DNA of 64,000 nt, from IMG/VR virus record IMGVR_UViG_3300036402_000303, positions 1 through 64,000 of that record; one strand, given 5' to 3'. The translations under genes and the position numbers were made by a program. This DNA comes from a virus. Positions 1-9,022 of this stretch are shown here, in pieces. The stretch's first letter is position 1. The number at the start of each line of letters is the position of its first letter. The notes below the pieces were generated by a model. It was given only the letters and a program-made list of their open reading frames with translations, was not told where the DNA came from and did no database searches.

Positions 1-897
1 CTAGCACCAAGGAATACAGACACGGTGTCCTCCAACTGTACCAAGATTGATAGGTGGTGGGGCAAGCTGACTAGGATTGTTCGCGATGGAATTTGGGCCG
101 CCTAGTATCTGACCGGGATTGTTAATCACTGAATTTGGACCACCGGCGATCTGGCCTGGCTTGTTGATGACCGAATTTGGCCCGCCCGTAATTTGACTTG
201 GATTATTGATGATCGAGTTAGGACCGCCGGCTATTTGACCGGGGTTATTGAATACAGAATTTGGGCCTCCTGCGACGCCCTTCCAAGCATCCCGTACCGC
301 CTTGACCACAGTGTTGTTGTCGCCAAAACATCCCGATCCGCCGATTCCAATCGTCAGACATTTTTGAAGCTCGTACGTCGTAAGCTGTCCACCTACGCAG
401 CCGGAGAAAGCGAATGGCTGACCGCCGGTTTGGACCGCGCAATTCGCAACCACTGCTTGCTCTGGAGTTAGATTCCTGCCGCCGGCGCATATCGCTGCTC
501 CAAAAACGTTCGTGCCATTGCTGGCTATACACCCCACGAGCCGTTGCTGATCTCTATCGAGGTAACCATAGCCAGCGCATGACGCGGTAGCGGCGGTGTT
601 TCCACCTGACTGAAAGGCGCACGCGGCGAGGCGTTGTTCTGTTTGAGACAAGGGTCTCTGGGTCGCACAGAATACGAACTCCGCCGGAGAGCTGCTTTGA
701 GATACGCAGTCTGCTACTTGTCGCTGCGAATTCGACATCATTTCACGGCTCCAGCAGGCAGAAAAATCATTAAGATTTCTCTCGGTCTGACATCGAGCGG
801 CGGATAGAGTTGGATCGCCCTGCTCTGCTCTAAGAACCGAGCACCCCACGACGAGCCAAGAACAACAGAGAATTGCGTATTTCAAAAATGCTTGCAT
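1..897 (-). CDS. Secreted Cys-rich repeat protein (signal peptide, ~30-aa Cys-pair repeats, five 14-aa GGPNS repeats)
   Basis: ATG at 897 preceded by AAGGAG; hydrophobic N-terminus; GGPNS(V/I)xN(N/K)P(G/S)Q repeated five times; stop at 1-3. Confidence 0.8.
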   Translation of the reverse strand: MQAFLKYAILCCSWLVVGCSVLRAEQGDPTLSAARCQTERNLNDFSACWSREMMSNSQRQVADCVSQSSSPAEFVFCATQRPLSQTEQRLAACAFQSGGNTAATASCAGYGYLDRDQQRLVGCIASNGTNVFGAAICAGGRNLTPEQAVVANCAVQTGGQPFAFSGCVGGQLTTYELQKCLTIGIGGSGCFGDNNTVVKAVRDAWKGVAGGPNSVFNNPGQIAGGPNSIINNPSQITGGPNSVINKPGQIAGGPNSVINNPGQILGGPNSIANNPSQLAPPPINLGTVGGHRVCIPWC

Positions 898-1089
898 GTC
901 TCTCTCCTTTGAGAGGGACGCGGTGCGGCGTCGAAAGCGCATACAATCACCGATTGAGCTCCTCTCGTCAAGGCGTCGCGTGGGGCTTGGAAACAGTTAT
1001 CGTATGCGGGGAAAACCGCCGAACAGAGGTCCCGTAGCTCCGAGTAACCTTCTCCGTCGATCTGGGTTAGCCCTGCATCCCCCTTATAG

Positions 1090-1281
1090 GACGGCCACGT
1101 CGTAGCGGTCGGTGACACGGCCTACGATGCCGAAGCAGCAGGTAAGGCGAAGACCGCGACCATCGGCGTGCTGTGCGGCGGCTTCACGGAGGACTCGCTG
1201 CGGCAGGCCGGATGCGTCGAGGTGTATCCAGGGCCGGTCGCCCTCCTTGCTTGCTTCGGGGACTCGCTCCTCACAAGATAG
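1090..1281 (+). pseudogene. C-terminal remnant of a HAD-family hydrolase
   Basis: Manual translation VAVGDTAYDAEAAGKAKTATIGVLCGGFTEDSLRQAGC...LLTR*; HAD motif IV GDxxxD; no start codon. Confidence 0.7.
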
Positions 1282-1289
1282 ATCCCATG

Positions 1290-1902
1290 GCGCGAAGCCG
1301 GCGATGGTCACGGTCTCCCGCTGCGCGCAGGTCTTCTTCACCCAGTCATTGCTTCGCCCGGTCGGGTAGACGCTGTCGCGCACCTTCGGCACCACGCCTT
1401 CCAGGCTGTCGACCTCGAAGCTTTCGCTGAACTGGACGTCGGTCCCGGCGATGATCTTCTTCAGTTCGGCCTTCCGCTGGAACAGCGGCACTTTCCGGAG
1501 ATCGCGCCCGTTCAGATAGAGCAGATCGAAGGCGACCAGAACGATGCTGGTCGACTTGCCCTTGAGCTTGTTCTGCAGCACCGCGTAGTCCTTAATACCG
1601 TCGGCGGCCGGAACTACGACCTCGCCATCGATGACGGCGGAGCCTGCCTTGATGTGCCAGGCGTCGTGGGCGACTTTCTTGAAGCGATGTGTCCAGTCGT
1701 GACCGCGCCGGGAGAATATCTGCAGCTCTTCGCTGGCAAGGTGGACCTGGACCCGGTAGCCGTGGAATTTGATTTCGTGAATCCAGCGGGACCCGGACGG
1801 CACCCTGTCGATCGCGGATGCCACGGCCGGCTCGATGAAGCCCGGCAGCGGCACCTTGATGCTTGATTTCGGCAGATTTCCTACGCTGGAACGCCCCGAC
1901 AA
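1290..1902 (-). pseudogene. Degraded ATP-dependent DNA ligase (LigD ligase-domain-like)
   Basis: Motif I reads EIKFHGYR (KxDG Asp replaced by His); IDGEV, AFDLL and EGVVxK present; apparent internal deletion; OB domain truncated at the HAD remnant. Confidence 0.75.
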
Positions 1903-1948
1903 ACTCCACGCAACAAGCGGCTCAAACTGGCAGAGATCAGTCTGTTCC

Positions 1949-1973
1949 GGAACCGGTAAATCCTTGCTCCGTT
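1949..1973 (+). promoter_or_regulatory. Putative sigma-EcfG (general stress response) promoter
   Basis: GGAAC-N16-CGTT upstream of GAGGAGG RBS and ATG 2003. Confidence 0.5.
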
Positions 1974-2002
1974 ACTTCGGCACACCGAAAGAGGAGGAAC
2001 CG

Positions 2003-2196
2003 ATGGCAGTAGTAAAAAGACTAAGTCGGCGCGCGGACGCAAACAGGACCGGTCCCGCGTGGCGGGCAAGCAGGACTACGAAGTCCGGTACGAATCCAAG
2101 AAGACCGGGAAGTCAGCGAAGGCGGTGAAGAAAGCGATCAAGAAGGCTGGCAACGTCCGCAAGAGAGTGGAAAAGCGTCTAACCCGAAAGAAGTAG
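2003..2196 (+). pseudogene. DUF3606-like small basic protein, frameshifted in an A-run
   Basis: After ATG GCA GTA GTA, a shifted frame reads KTKSARGRKQDRSRVAGKQDYEVRYESKKTG...VEKRLTRKK*; the A5 run needs A6. Confidence 0.65.
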
Positions 2197-2212
2197 GTTT
2201 GCGAGCCCGCCC

Positions 2213-2476
2213 TCATTGCGGCGGGCACTCGGGGCATGTGTCACCTATCGACTCTAGAACTTCCCGGACCTCCGCCTCGGCGACCTCTGGAGAGAGGCCC
2301 GGAGGCGGATCCTGCCGGGCGATATCGAAGGCGTGCTCCCGGGCGTGGGGGTCAGCGCGGTCCTGCATCCATCCGTGCTCTTCGCATTCACGGATGACGC
2401 CGGCCTCGTTGAGGACTGAGATGGCCCAGCCTCTGTGCGTGCGGATCGCTGTTCTTCTGTCTTTGGTCGTCGGCAT
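2213..2476 (-). CDS. Hypothetical protein with Cys motifs (CEEH, CPEC)
   Basis: 87-aa ORF with AGGAG RBS. Confidence 0.7.
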   Translation of the reverse strand: MPTTKDRRTAIRTHRGWAISVLNEAGVIRECEEHGWMQDRADPHAREHAFDIARQDPPPGLSPEVAEAEVREVLESIGDTCPECPPQ

Positions 2477-2672
2477 CGAATACTCCTGCTGAGACGGAAT
2501 CTTTCAACAGGCAGCTTGTTCCGCGCAACTTGAGCGATAATCGGACTGTTCGCAGCCGATGCCAGCTTGCTCCTATCGGACTGGTTGAACTTAGAATATC
2601 CCGCGTCGCGTTCTCGTGGACCCACTTGAACTTCTTGTCCCATCCGACTGACCACTTAGACTCGGCGCTCAG

Positions 2673-5558
2673 TCACGCAGCACTGGGAACGGGATAGACG
2701 TTCATTTTCACTCCGCTTCGGGCGTTTCCGCTCAATTCTATAACCTTCAGGGGTTTGACCAATCCTTCGGGAGTTGACACCGATCCGATGTTCATAAATT
2801 TCTCGACCAAGTGTCGAGCGAAAGCTCGACTTGCAGTCGTCACAACCAAGTTTTGGCGGGAACTGCCCTCCATGACTGTTGCTCGGAATACGTCAAGCAG
2901 TCCAACCCGGTTAAGATCGTCCAAATGTGTCACGGGCTCGTCAAGAAAAAACGTCCCGCCGAGGCTGCGCGCACGTGCCAGGAAAAGCGCGAGCGCTAAG
3001 TCCTGTCGCTGCCCCTGACTGAAATCCGTTCTAGGATCGAGTTGGGCTTCACCAGCTGTCGCTAACCAGTGGAGGAAGTTATCAGCCTGTCCCATCTCGA
3101 TTTCATCAAAAACTCGATTTGCATGCATGCGAGCAAAGAGCGGATTGACGACACAGCTCAGAGCCCGCACCTGCCTTCCACTGATCTCGGTATACGCCTC
3201 GTGAAAAGTCTTGGCTGCGCGCCGAGCAGCCGACAATCGCCTTCGGATGCTCGTGTGTCGCTTTTTCAACGGAGCGATATTTGCTTCAAGCTCAGATAGC
3301 TGCGTCTGCCTCACTTCGGTGGACCACGATTTGCGCGCCGCTGCGATATGAGTATCAATGATCGCAAGTTGAGCCGCTTCCGCCGCAAGTTCGGCCCGAA
3401 CTTCGTTCAAAGCGCTTGGTGTCCATTCGCGGTCGACGGCCGCCTGGGACCACAGCCTCCGCAACCCTTCAAGCTCTCCCGCTGCCGCCGCAATCCGCTC
3501 GCGCAAATTTCGCAAGTTAGATTGAGTCGAGATAAATTCGGCCCGTAGTCTATCGCGTTCTTTGATAGCAGCGCGTTCGTTGGCCGACGCCAAGGCAATA
3601 GTTCTCTCAATCGCCGCGCCACGTCCCTTGGTCAGCTCCGAAAGATGTACAGTGGCGTTCACCAGCGGGATGAAATCAGGGAGAGGCGAACCGACATTTT
3701 TCTCAAAAACCGTCGATGCAAATCGATCGACATTTCTGTAGAGATCAACGAATACCTGCGCCACTAGGAGCCGGTGTTCAAAATGGGTGAGCACGACCCG
3801 GGCGTCAGAACGTTCTATACTGACTCCGAGTTCGCGGTAGTTCTGCGCCCGAACTTGCACAGCCTGAGACACGGCGTTGAGTTCAAATCTCAAAGTTTCG
3901 ACGTCATTGCGGCGCGCCAAAGCGGACTGATGGGTCGCGCGAGCCTCGCGGGCCAAACGGGCTGCATCTGCAGCTGTCCTTTCGGCGATTTTTAGAATCG
4001 CGGGCGCTCCAGCGAGTGTTTGGCTAACCGCCTCTTTTAGATTCTGCAGCGAATTCCAATCATGCCCACATAGAGGACAATCCGACGCCGTTTCACCGTG
4101 CGAGTGCGATAGAAACTCTCGTCCCGCAGCTTGGAGACGAGAAATCGGGGCAGCCATCGAATCAAAGCGATTCCTTGCCTCGGTAGCCCTTGCGTTCGCT
4201 TGGTCAGCTACCCGCCGCAGCGCAGCCATGTTGTCTTCGGACTGCACAAACTTTTGCAACTCTGCCCATCGAGCGTTCAGAAGTTGCAAGCGTTCGCGTT
4301 CAGCTTGCGCTTGGCTGAAATTTGATAGGGCGGTCCTAATTTGCGAGAGTCGATATTGAATCTGATCCAACGTCCATGTGACTTCTGGGAGCGCTTGACG
4401 TAGCTGCCCAAAAGTGGCGTTAGACGGCAACGGAACAGCAGCACTCGCGTTGGCCAAAGTTTGTGATAGCCGCGCTATCAATGGGGGCAACACATCTCGA
4501 ACTTGCTGAAGACCGGGAAGCAGATTTTGAGCGGCCGTCCTTTCTTCTGTGTACCTCGCTACGGCAGCGGCAATCGATCGACCTGACTCCTCTATCTTAG
4601 AAAATTGCAAAGCGAGATTGACTTCTTCGTGACTCAATATTTTGAGTTGGGCCTCCACATCCAACCGATGGTTCCAATCACCAGCAACTCTGTCGAAGGA
4701 TGTCTGACGCTGCAGACGCGCTCGATCTTTTCGAGCGTGTTCAGCAGTTGCAGCCTCTATGCGCCGACCAAGATTTGAGGAACTAGCTCGAGATTGCTTT
4801 GGTTGCGACCCTAGTTGGCGCTCCGCATTCTCGATTTCTGCTAAGCTGGAGGTCACACGAGCTTGACCATCCGGAGAATTGGCGCGGGCAATTTCAAGCC
4901 GAAGCTGTGTTGCCGATTTTTCAAGACTTTGGATAGACGTTGCTATGCTGCGCTCAATACTTGTCAATTCGCTCCGATAGCGGTCGCAGCTTCGCTCGGC
5001 ATCCAATAGATGTCGGATGCCGAGCAAGTCCGCGAACACCTGGGTGCGGCGTTCAATGGTGCTGTCGTCCGTATCCACCAACGCCGAGAGCGCCTCCGCG
5101 GATAGAAACCGCGTTCCTCTAAGCCAGTTTTGGCGAAGGCTGATAGCTGTCTTGTGATGAGCGTCGGCAGCGGCAGCGGCAGGCGCTAAAATAGCCAATA
5201 GGTCCCCGATCCGCGCCGCCTTACCTTTCGGAATTTCTTGGAGCCAAGCACCGGATGCCGTACGAGTCAGCACCCGTTGGTCGGCACCGATACGCAGGTG
5301 GGCTCGCACCATCGGCTCGGCGTCATCGGCAGCGAACTTAGAGTGAAGAACATCTGCATCAAACGTCTGGCCTTCGCGAAGACGTTCTACCTGCGCAGTA
5401 AGAAGCCATTCTACAGCTTCGCACATGGTCGTCTTACCCGTACCGTTTGGGGCAAACACCACCGTAATCGGAGAGCTTAGGTCCAGATCGAGCGGTTCGC
5501 TTATTCCACGAAACGACTCAATGTGAAGTCTAGAGATTCTGATGCCGTCGTGCTTCAC
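2673..5558 (-). CDS. Rad50/SMC-like ABC ATPase of an ABC-three-component (Lamassu-like) system
   Basis: Walker A APNGTGKT, long coiled coil, Zn-hook CPLCG, signature FSQGQ, Walker B FFLDEP. Confidence 0.9.
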   Translation of the reverse strand: MKHDGIRISRLHIESFRGISEPLDLDLSSPITVVFAPNGTGKTTMCEAVEWLLTAQVERLREGQTFDADVLHSKFAADDAEPMVRAHLRIGADQRVLTRTASGAWLQEIPKGKAARIGDLLAILAPAAAAADAHHKTAISLRQNWLRGTRFLSAEALSALVDTDDSTIERRTQVFADLLGIRHLLDAERSCDRYRSELTSIERSIATSIQSLEKSATQLRLEIARANSPDGQARVTSSLAEIENAERQLGSQPKQSRASSSNLGRRIEAATAEHARKDRARLQRQTSFDRVAGDWNHRLDVEAQLKILSHEEVNLALQFSKIEESGRSIAAAVARYTEERTAAQNLLPGLQQVRDVLPPLIARLSQTLANASAAVPLPSNATFGQLRQALPEVTWTLDQIQYRLSQIRTALSNFSQAQAERERLQLLNARWAELQKFVQSEDNMAALRRVADQANARATEARNRFDSMAAPISRLQAAGREFLSHSHGETASDCPLCGHDWNSLQNLKEAVSQTLAGAPAILKIAERTAADAARLAREARATHQSALARRNDVETLRFELNAVSQAVQVRAQNYRELGVSIERSDARVVLTHFEHRLLVAQVFVDLYRNVDRFASTVFEKNVGSPLPDFIPLVNATVHLSELTKGRGAAIERTIALASANERAAIKERDRLRAEFISTQSNLRNLRERIAAAAGELEGLRRLWSQAAVDREWTPSALNEVRAELAAEAAQLAIIDTHIAAARKSWSTEVRQTQLSELEANIAPLKKRHTSIRRRLSAARRAAKTFHEAYTEISGRQVRALSCVVNPLFARMHANRVFDEIEMGQADNFLHWLATAGEAQLDPRTDFSQGQRQDLALALFLARARSLGGTFFLDEPVTHLDDLNRVGLLDVFRATVMEGSSRQNLVVTTASRAFARHLVEKFMNIGSVSTPEGLVKPLKVIELSGNARSGVKMNVYPVPSAA

Positions 5559-6160
5559 AGATCTTCTCCGCCGTCTTGCCGGGCGAGCGTGGCCGGGTTT
5601 ACACCCTCCAATTCACGCCATAATCTTTCGGCCTCTTTGTCGAGTCGAGGCCAATAGACATCTGCCGAACCTGCGGTATCCGCAACTGGTAAACCGAGCA
5701 CTGTAACGTCTGCGATCCTAGCCCAAGTGGCATTGGAAGCAACGGGCTGATTGAGATCCTCCGAAGGGCTTGGCCAGATTATGTGTTTGCGGCAGACTCG
5801 AAATGAGAGTTCCAATTCCCTGATCATCACCTGCAAATCTTTCGTCGGCGCGGTCGGTAACGCGAGAATGAGATACCCATCGACCACGCGACCATTCACT
5901 TGCGCTTCTTTTACTCCAAGCAACTCGTCGAAATAGCTTTGGCCTTGCTCTGCCGCCAACTGCAATTCTTCTGCACCAATTTTCTGGATCGGCCAAAGTA
6001 ACAAGCTAGCATAATCACTCGCCCAGAGCGTCGTTCCACGCGGAGGATCAATAGCAAGATTCTTGAACGTGGGAATTAACTCCATTCGAAATCCAACCTT
6101 TTCGCAAAGATCGCTGATCTCTAGCTGAGCGTTCTCAAGAAGATCTGCATTGATGCTCAT
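5555..6160 (-). CDS. ABC-three-component middle component (MC1-like)
   Basis: 201 aa between effector and ATPase, overlapping the ATPase start; GYLIL...ELE...VCRKHII pattern. Confidence 0.7.
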   Translation of the reverse strand: MSINADLLENAQLEISDLCEKVGFRMELIPTFKNLAIDPPRGTTLWASDYASLLLWPIQKIGAEELQLAAEQGQSYFDELLGVKEAQVNGRVVDGYLILALPTAPTKDLQVMIRELELSFRVCRKHIIWPSPSEDLNQPVASNATWARIADVTVLGLPVADTAGSADVYWPRLDKEAERLWRELEGVNPATLARQDGGEDL

Positions 6161-6163
6161 CGT

Positions 6164-7999
6164 TCAGGCCGCCTTCGGATTGAAGTATCGTCTAAGACGC
6201 AAGATCAATTCTTTCAGATCTTCCTCGTCTCCGGGCTTGCTCACGTCGTAGTCGGCATAGACCGAATTCACCGCGTCCAGCCTTACGCAAGCGACGGAGC
6301 GCTCGAATTGCGACGCCGTGATATCACTTTTGATTGGTGCAAGACTTCCTCCGACATGCAGGTCATCAGCTCCAGGCGGAGGCTCGCCAAAATTCGCTCT
6401 GCGGCCGCTCTTGACCAATCCTTCAGGCGGCGCGCCGTGCGGGCCATCGCAGAGAACAATGAGCGGTGGGTGATATCCAACGATTGTCTTCCAAGCAACA
6501 ATCTCTGACAAGATCTGACGTTGCGTCCTTTCCGCATCCTGCCAAACAAGGATTGTCAGCTCATCGGCAAACCGCAATTGCCCCTGAATGTCATCATCGC
6601 TTTGCCAGACAATTCCCTTCGACGTTGAGATCGTTGCAAGTGCAAACATCGCATTTCGAAATGAATGCTCGACAGCCGGTACATGCAAGCGGTCCGGGTC
6701 ATGAATTGTTCCCGAGCTAACACCGTGCAAGAGTGTTCGTAGAAGCCGTTCTGACGTCGGCCGATCTCCCGCATCCAAGTGTACGGCCAATCGCTTAAGG
6801 CCTTGGCCCACCCGAGGTGCCCAAGTAACCAGCGGCGGATGTCGATGCAAGAATCGGGCGACTTCGGTTTGGCAGATCGGGGGTGGCTCAGTTACGGGCG
6901 CTGATATGCCGGCGTTAACGAGAGAACAACACAGGCTCGCGTGCCAAACAAAGAGGTTGCCCGTTGGGACATAAGGACTCCACGCTATCGGCCCTCCAAC
7001 GATCTGAGGCCGCGTGTCTCGAACGACGGCCCCCCTAACGTTTTGGCTCTCGATAGCCCGACCAGCCGGCAAATTCTTCTGATTGCGTGGTATTTCTGTG
7101 AAGCGAGCATAGACGCCAGACAGGGAACGCCATTTGTCGGTAGCCTCGTCCGCCAGGTAACAACTATTGGCGATGTTCGCTAGCGCTACCACAGTGGGTC
7201 TGCCGATCGTTGCTACATTGAGCCAATAATTAATCGCCGCATTCCAGTTGTCGTTCTGACGTACTTGATAGGTCGAGCCCGCGACAAGCACGGGACGAAC
7301 GGTGCCTCTACTCGGCACGAGAGACTGTTCGATACGCCTTAGCGCTGTCCCCTCCCCGTCGGCATAAGATTGAACAAGATCAGCACAAATTAGGGGGAAA
7401 ATGTCCAGATCGTTGAAGGCAATACGCAAGAGCATCTGACCACATGCCAGCGCAAGCTGCGCCTCTGCAGTCTGCTCAAGATGGTTTTTCAGGTGTGCAA
7501 TGCACATTGTCTCGGCAGCGAACCCGTGGATCCAACACCACCCGCCGTTAACCCGTAGGACATTGGAGATTGGCTGCTCGTCTTGATCCCATCCCAAATG
7601 GCGCGAGGTTACTCCGGCTGTTGCAGCCCATTGCAGCACGTCCTGGCCCCTAGTCGCACCAAATCCCGCGATAAGAACGAGCGGTTGAGGGCTAGCCCGC
7701 ACCGCCGCATCAATGGCGACCCAATCACCTGAGCCGAAGGCGTACTCGGGAGCAATAATCACCGCTGGAAGATGGCCCGGAGCCAAGTCGCGCAGCACGG
7801 GAGCACCGTGTCGAGCCCCCCCATTGAGTAGGTCGTTAATCACCGCGACCGTGGATGGCCTCGATGCGTCCGATCCAATCCACTCTAGAGGCGTTGGCTC
7901 GGTTTGAAGAATCACAAGATTGAGCCGGCCGTCTGCTAATCTGACGTTTGCGTCAACTGTCAAACTGGCGATTTTTAGATGGGTATCGAATTCAATCAC
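6164..7999 (-). CDS. Carbon-nitrogen hydrolase (nitrilase-fold) effector with C-terminal domain; start uncertain (GTG 7999; ORF open to 8284)
   Basis: Triad motifs IIAPEYAF (Glu), HLKNH (Lys), PLICADL (Cys); stop 3 bp before the middle component. Confidence 0.7.
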   Translation of the reverse strand: MIEFDTHLKIASLTVDANVRLADGRLNLVILQTEPTPLEWIGSDASRPSTVAVINDLLNGGARHGAPVLRDLAPGHLPAVIIAPEYAFGSGDWVAIDAAVRASPQPLVLIAGFGATRGQDVLQWAATAGVTSRHLGWDQDEQPISNVLRVNGGWCWIHGFAAETMCIAHLKNHLEQTAEAQLALACGQMLLRIAFNDLDIFPLICADLVQSYADGEGTALRRIEQSLVPSRGTVRPVLVAGSTYQVRQNDNWNAAINYWLNVATIGRPTVVALANIANSCYLADEATDKWRSLSGVYARFTEIPRNQKNLPAGRAIESQNVRGAVVRDTRPQIVGGPIAWSPYVPTGNLFVWHASLCCSLVNAGISAPVTEPPPICQTEVARFLHRHPPLVTWAPRVGQGLKRLAVHLDAGDRPTSERLLRTLLHGVSSGTIHDPDRLHVPAVEHSFRNAMFALATISTSKGIVWQSDDDIQGQLRFADELTILVWQDAERTQRQILSEIVAWKTIVGYHPPLIVLCDGPHGAPPEGLVKSGRRANFGEPPPGADDLHVGGSLAPIKSDITASQFERSVACVRLDAVNSVYADYDVSKPGDEEDLKELILRLRRYFNPKAA

Positions 8000-8069
8000 G
8001 GGAGGGGACACTATCAAATTGGTGGGACCAGAATGACTATAACCACCATAGCGGTGGTGCACGAGCACG

Positions 8070-8225
8070 TCACCAACAGGTTGTAGTGGAGGCGCATATA
8101 ATCGCTTTGTTGAAGGCGGCTTCCATTGCGAGCTTACCATTGACCACAAGGCTTTCAGCAATGTCAGCAATAGCGATGTGACCGCTGACGTCGTAGTCGG
8201 CCCGGTGCGGCAGCAATGCGTCCAT
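8070..8225 (-). CDS. 51-aa peptide ending in CASTTTCW, first gene of the ABC-3C operon
   Basis: GGGGGAAACAAAG-ATG; followed by ACCACC/GGTGGT hairpin at 8042-8058. Confidence 0.55.
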   Translation of the reverse strand: MDALLPHRADYDVSGHIAIADIAESLVVNGKLAMEAAFNKAIICASTTTCW

Positions 8226-8842
8226 CTTTGTTTCCCCCGAGTAGATGCAGTGCACGGGAGGAGCAACTTCAGGCGGTCATCCATATGACCTCTTGTGACG
8301 GGACAGCTTACAGGAAGCGGAATCCTGCTCTGTTCTCGCTACGCGATCTGAAAACGTAGAGAAATCAGCGTCGCGCCTCATACTTGAGGTCCCGTAGCCC
8401 CCGACAAGCGTTGGATTTGCTGCCTGCCCGGATTGATGCCGCCGATGAAGAAGGCGATCGTGTTGTGGATGACCTTGGCGTTGCGGTCGTTCTTAGGCGG
8501 CGGCCATCGACACGGTGCGTGTCTGCATGCCCCCCATCATCGGTGCTCCATCCAATTTGATCAATTTGGCCAGCCTGACCCATTGAATTGACCTTCCAGA
8601 ACACAGGTTGATAGGCCAAACCAAATTTTAGCCCGACAGCGGAGAATGCCGCCGCGCTTAAACCGCGCTTTGGGAACTCCTCGCCAAACATACCGTTCGT
8701 GTGGACAGGCCTGATGCTAGGCATCACCATCTAGGTGATCTCTTCTATTCATGACGGCGTGCCCACTTCCTGCCCTACCCACCAAGAGCCAATCGGCCTC
8801 TTTTGGGCTCCCTCTGTTTAACATCAACCATGGAGAAAAAAC

Positions 8843-9022
8843 CTGTCCTACATCTACGACCCCTGTAACGATCGACCTGTTCTCGCTGTTCGCCTTAAGA
8901 CCCACGAAATGGCTCGCATCGACGAAGCCCGTCACCGCATGAAGCTCTCGCGAAGCGACCTAGCTCGCCGTGCGTTGAGCAGCCTTTTAGATAAGCTTCA
9001 GGCTGAAGCTGCCGCGAAGTGA
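8843..9022 (+). CDS. CopG/ribbon-helix-helix regulator, CTG start (not in ORF track)
   Basis: GGAG-N7-CTG; VLAVRL...ARIDEARHRMKLSRSDLARRAL; TGA overlaps rep GTG (GTGA). Confidence 0.65.
   Translation: MSYIYDPCNDRPVLAVRLKTHEMARIDEARHRMKLSRSDLARRALSSLLDKLQAEAAAK

Noticed and set aside
1084-1902. Active DNA ligase
   Set aside because: KxDG motif altered, internal deletion, OB domain truncated
8000-8284. N-terminal extension of the 706-aa ORF
   Set aside because: Not protein-like; overlaps a better-supported 51-aa ORF with an RBS
8365-8730. Protein-coding gene
   Set aside because: Low-complexity translation with no RBS or motifs
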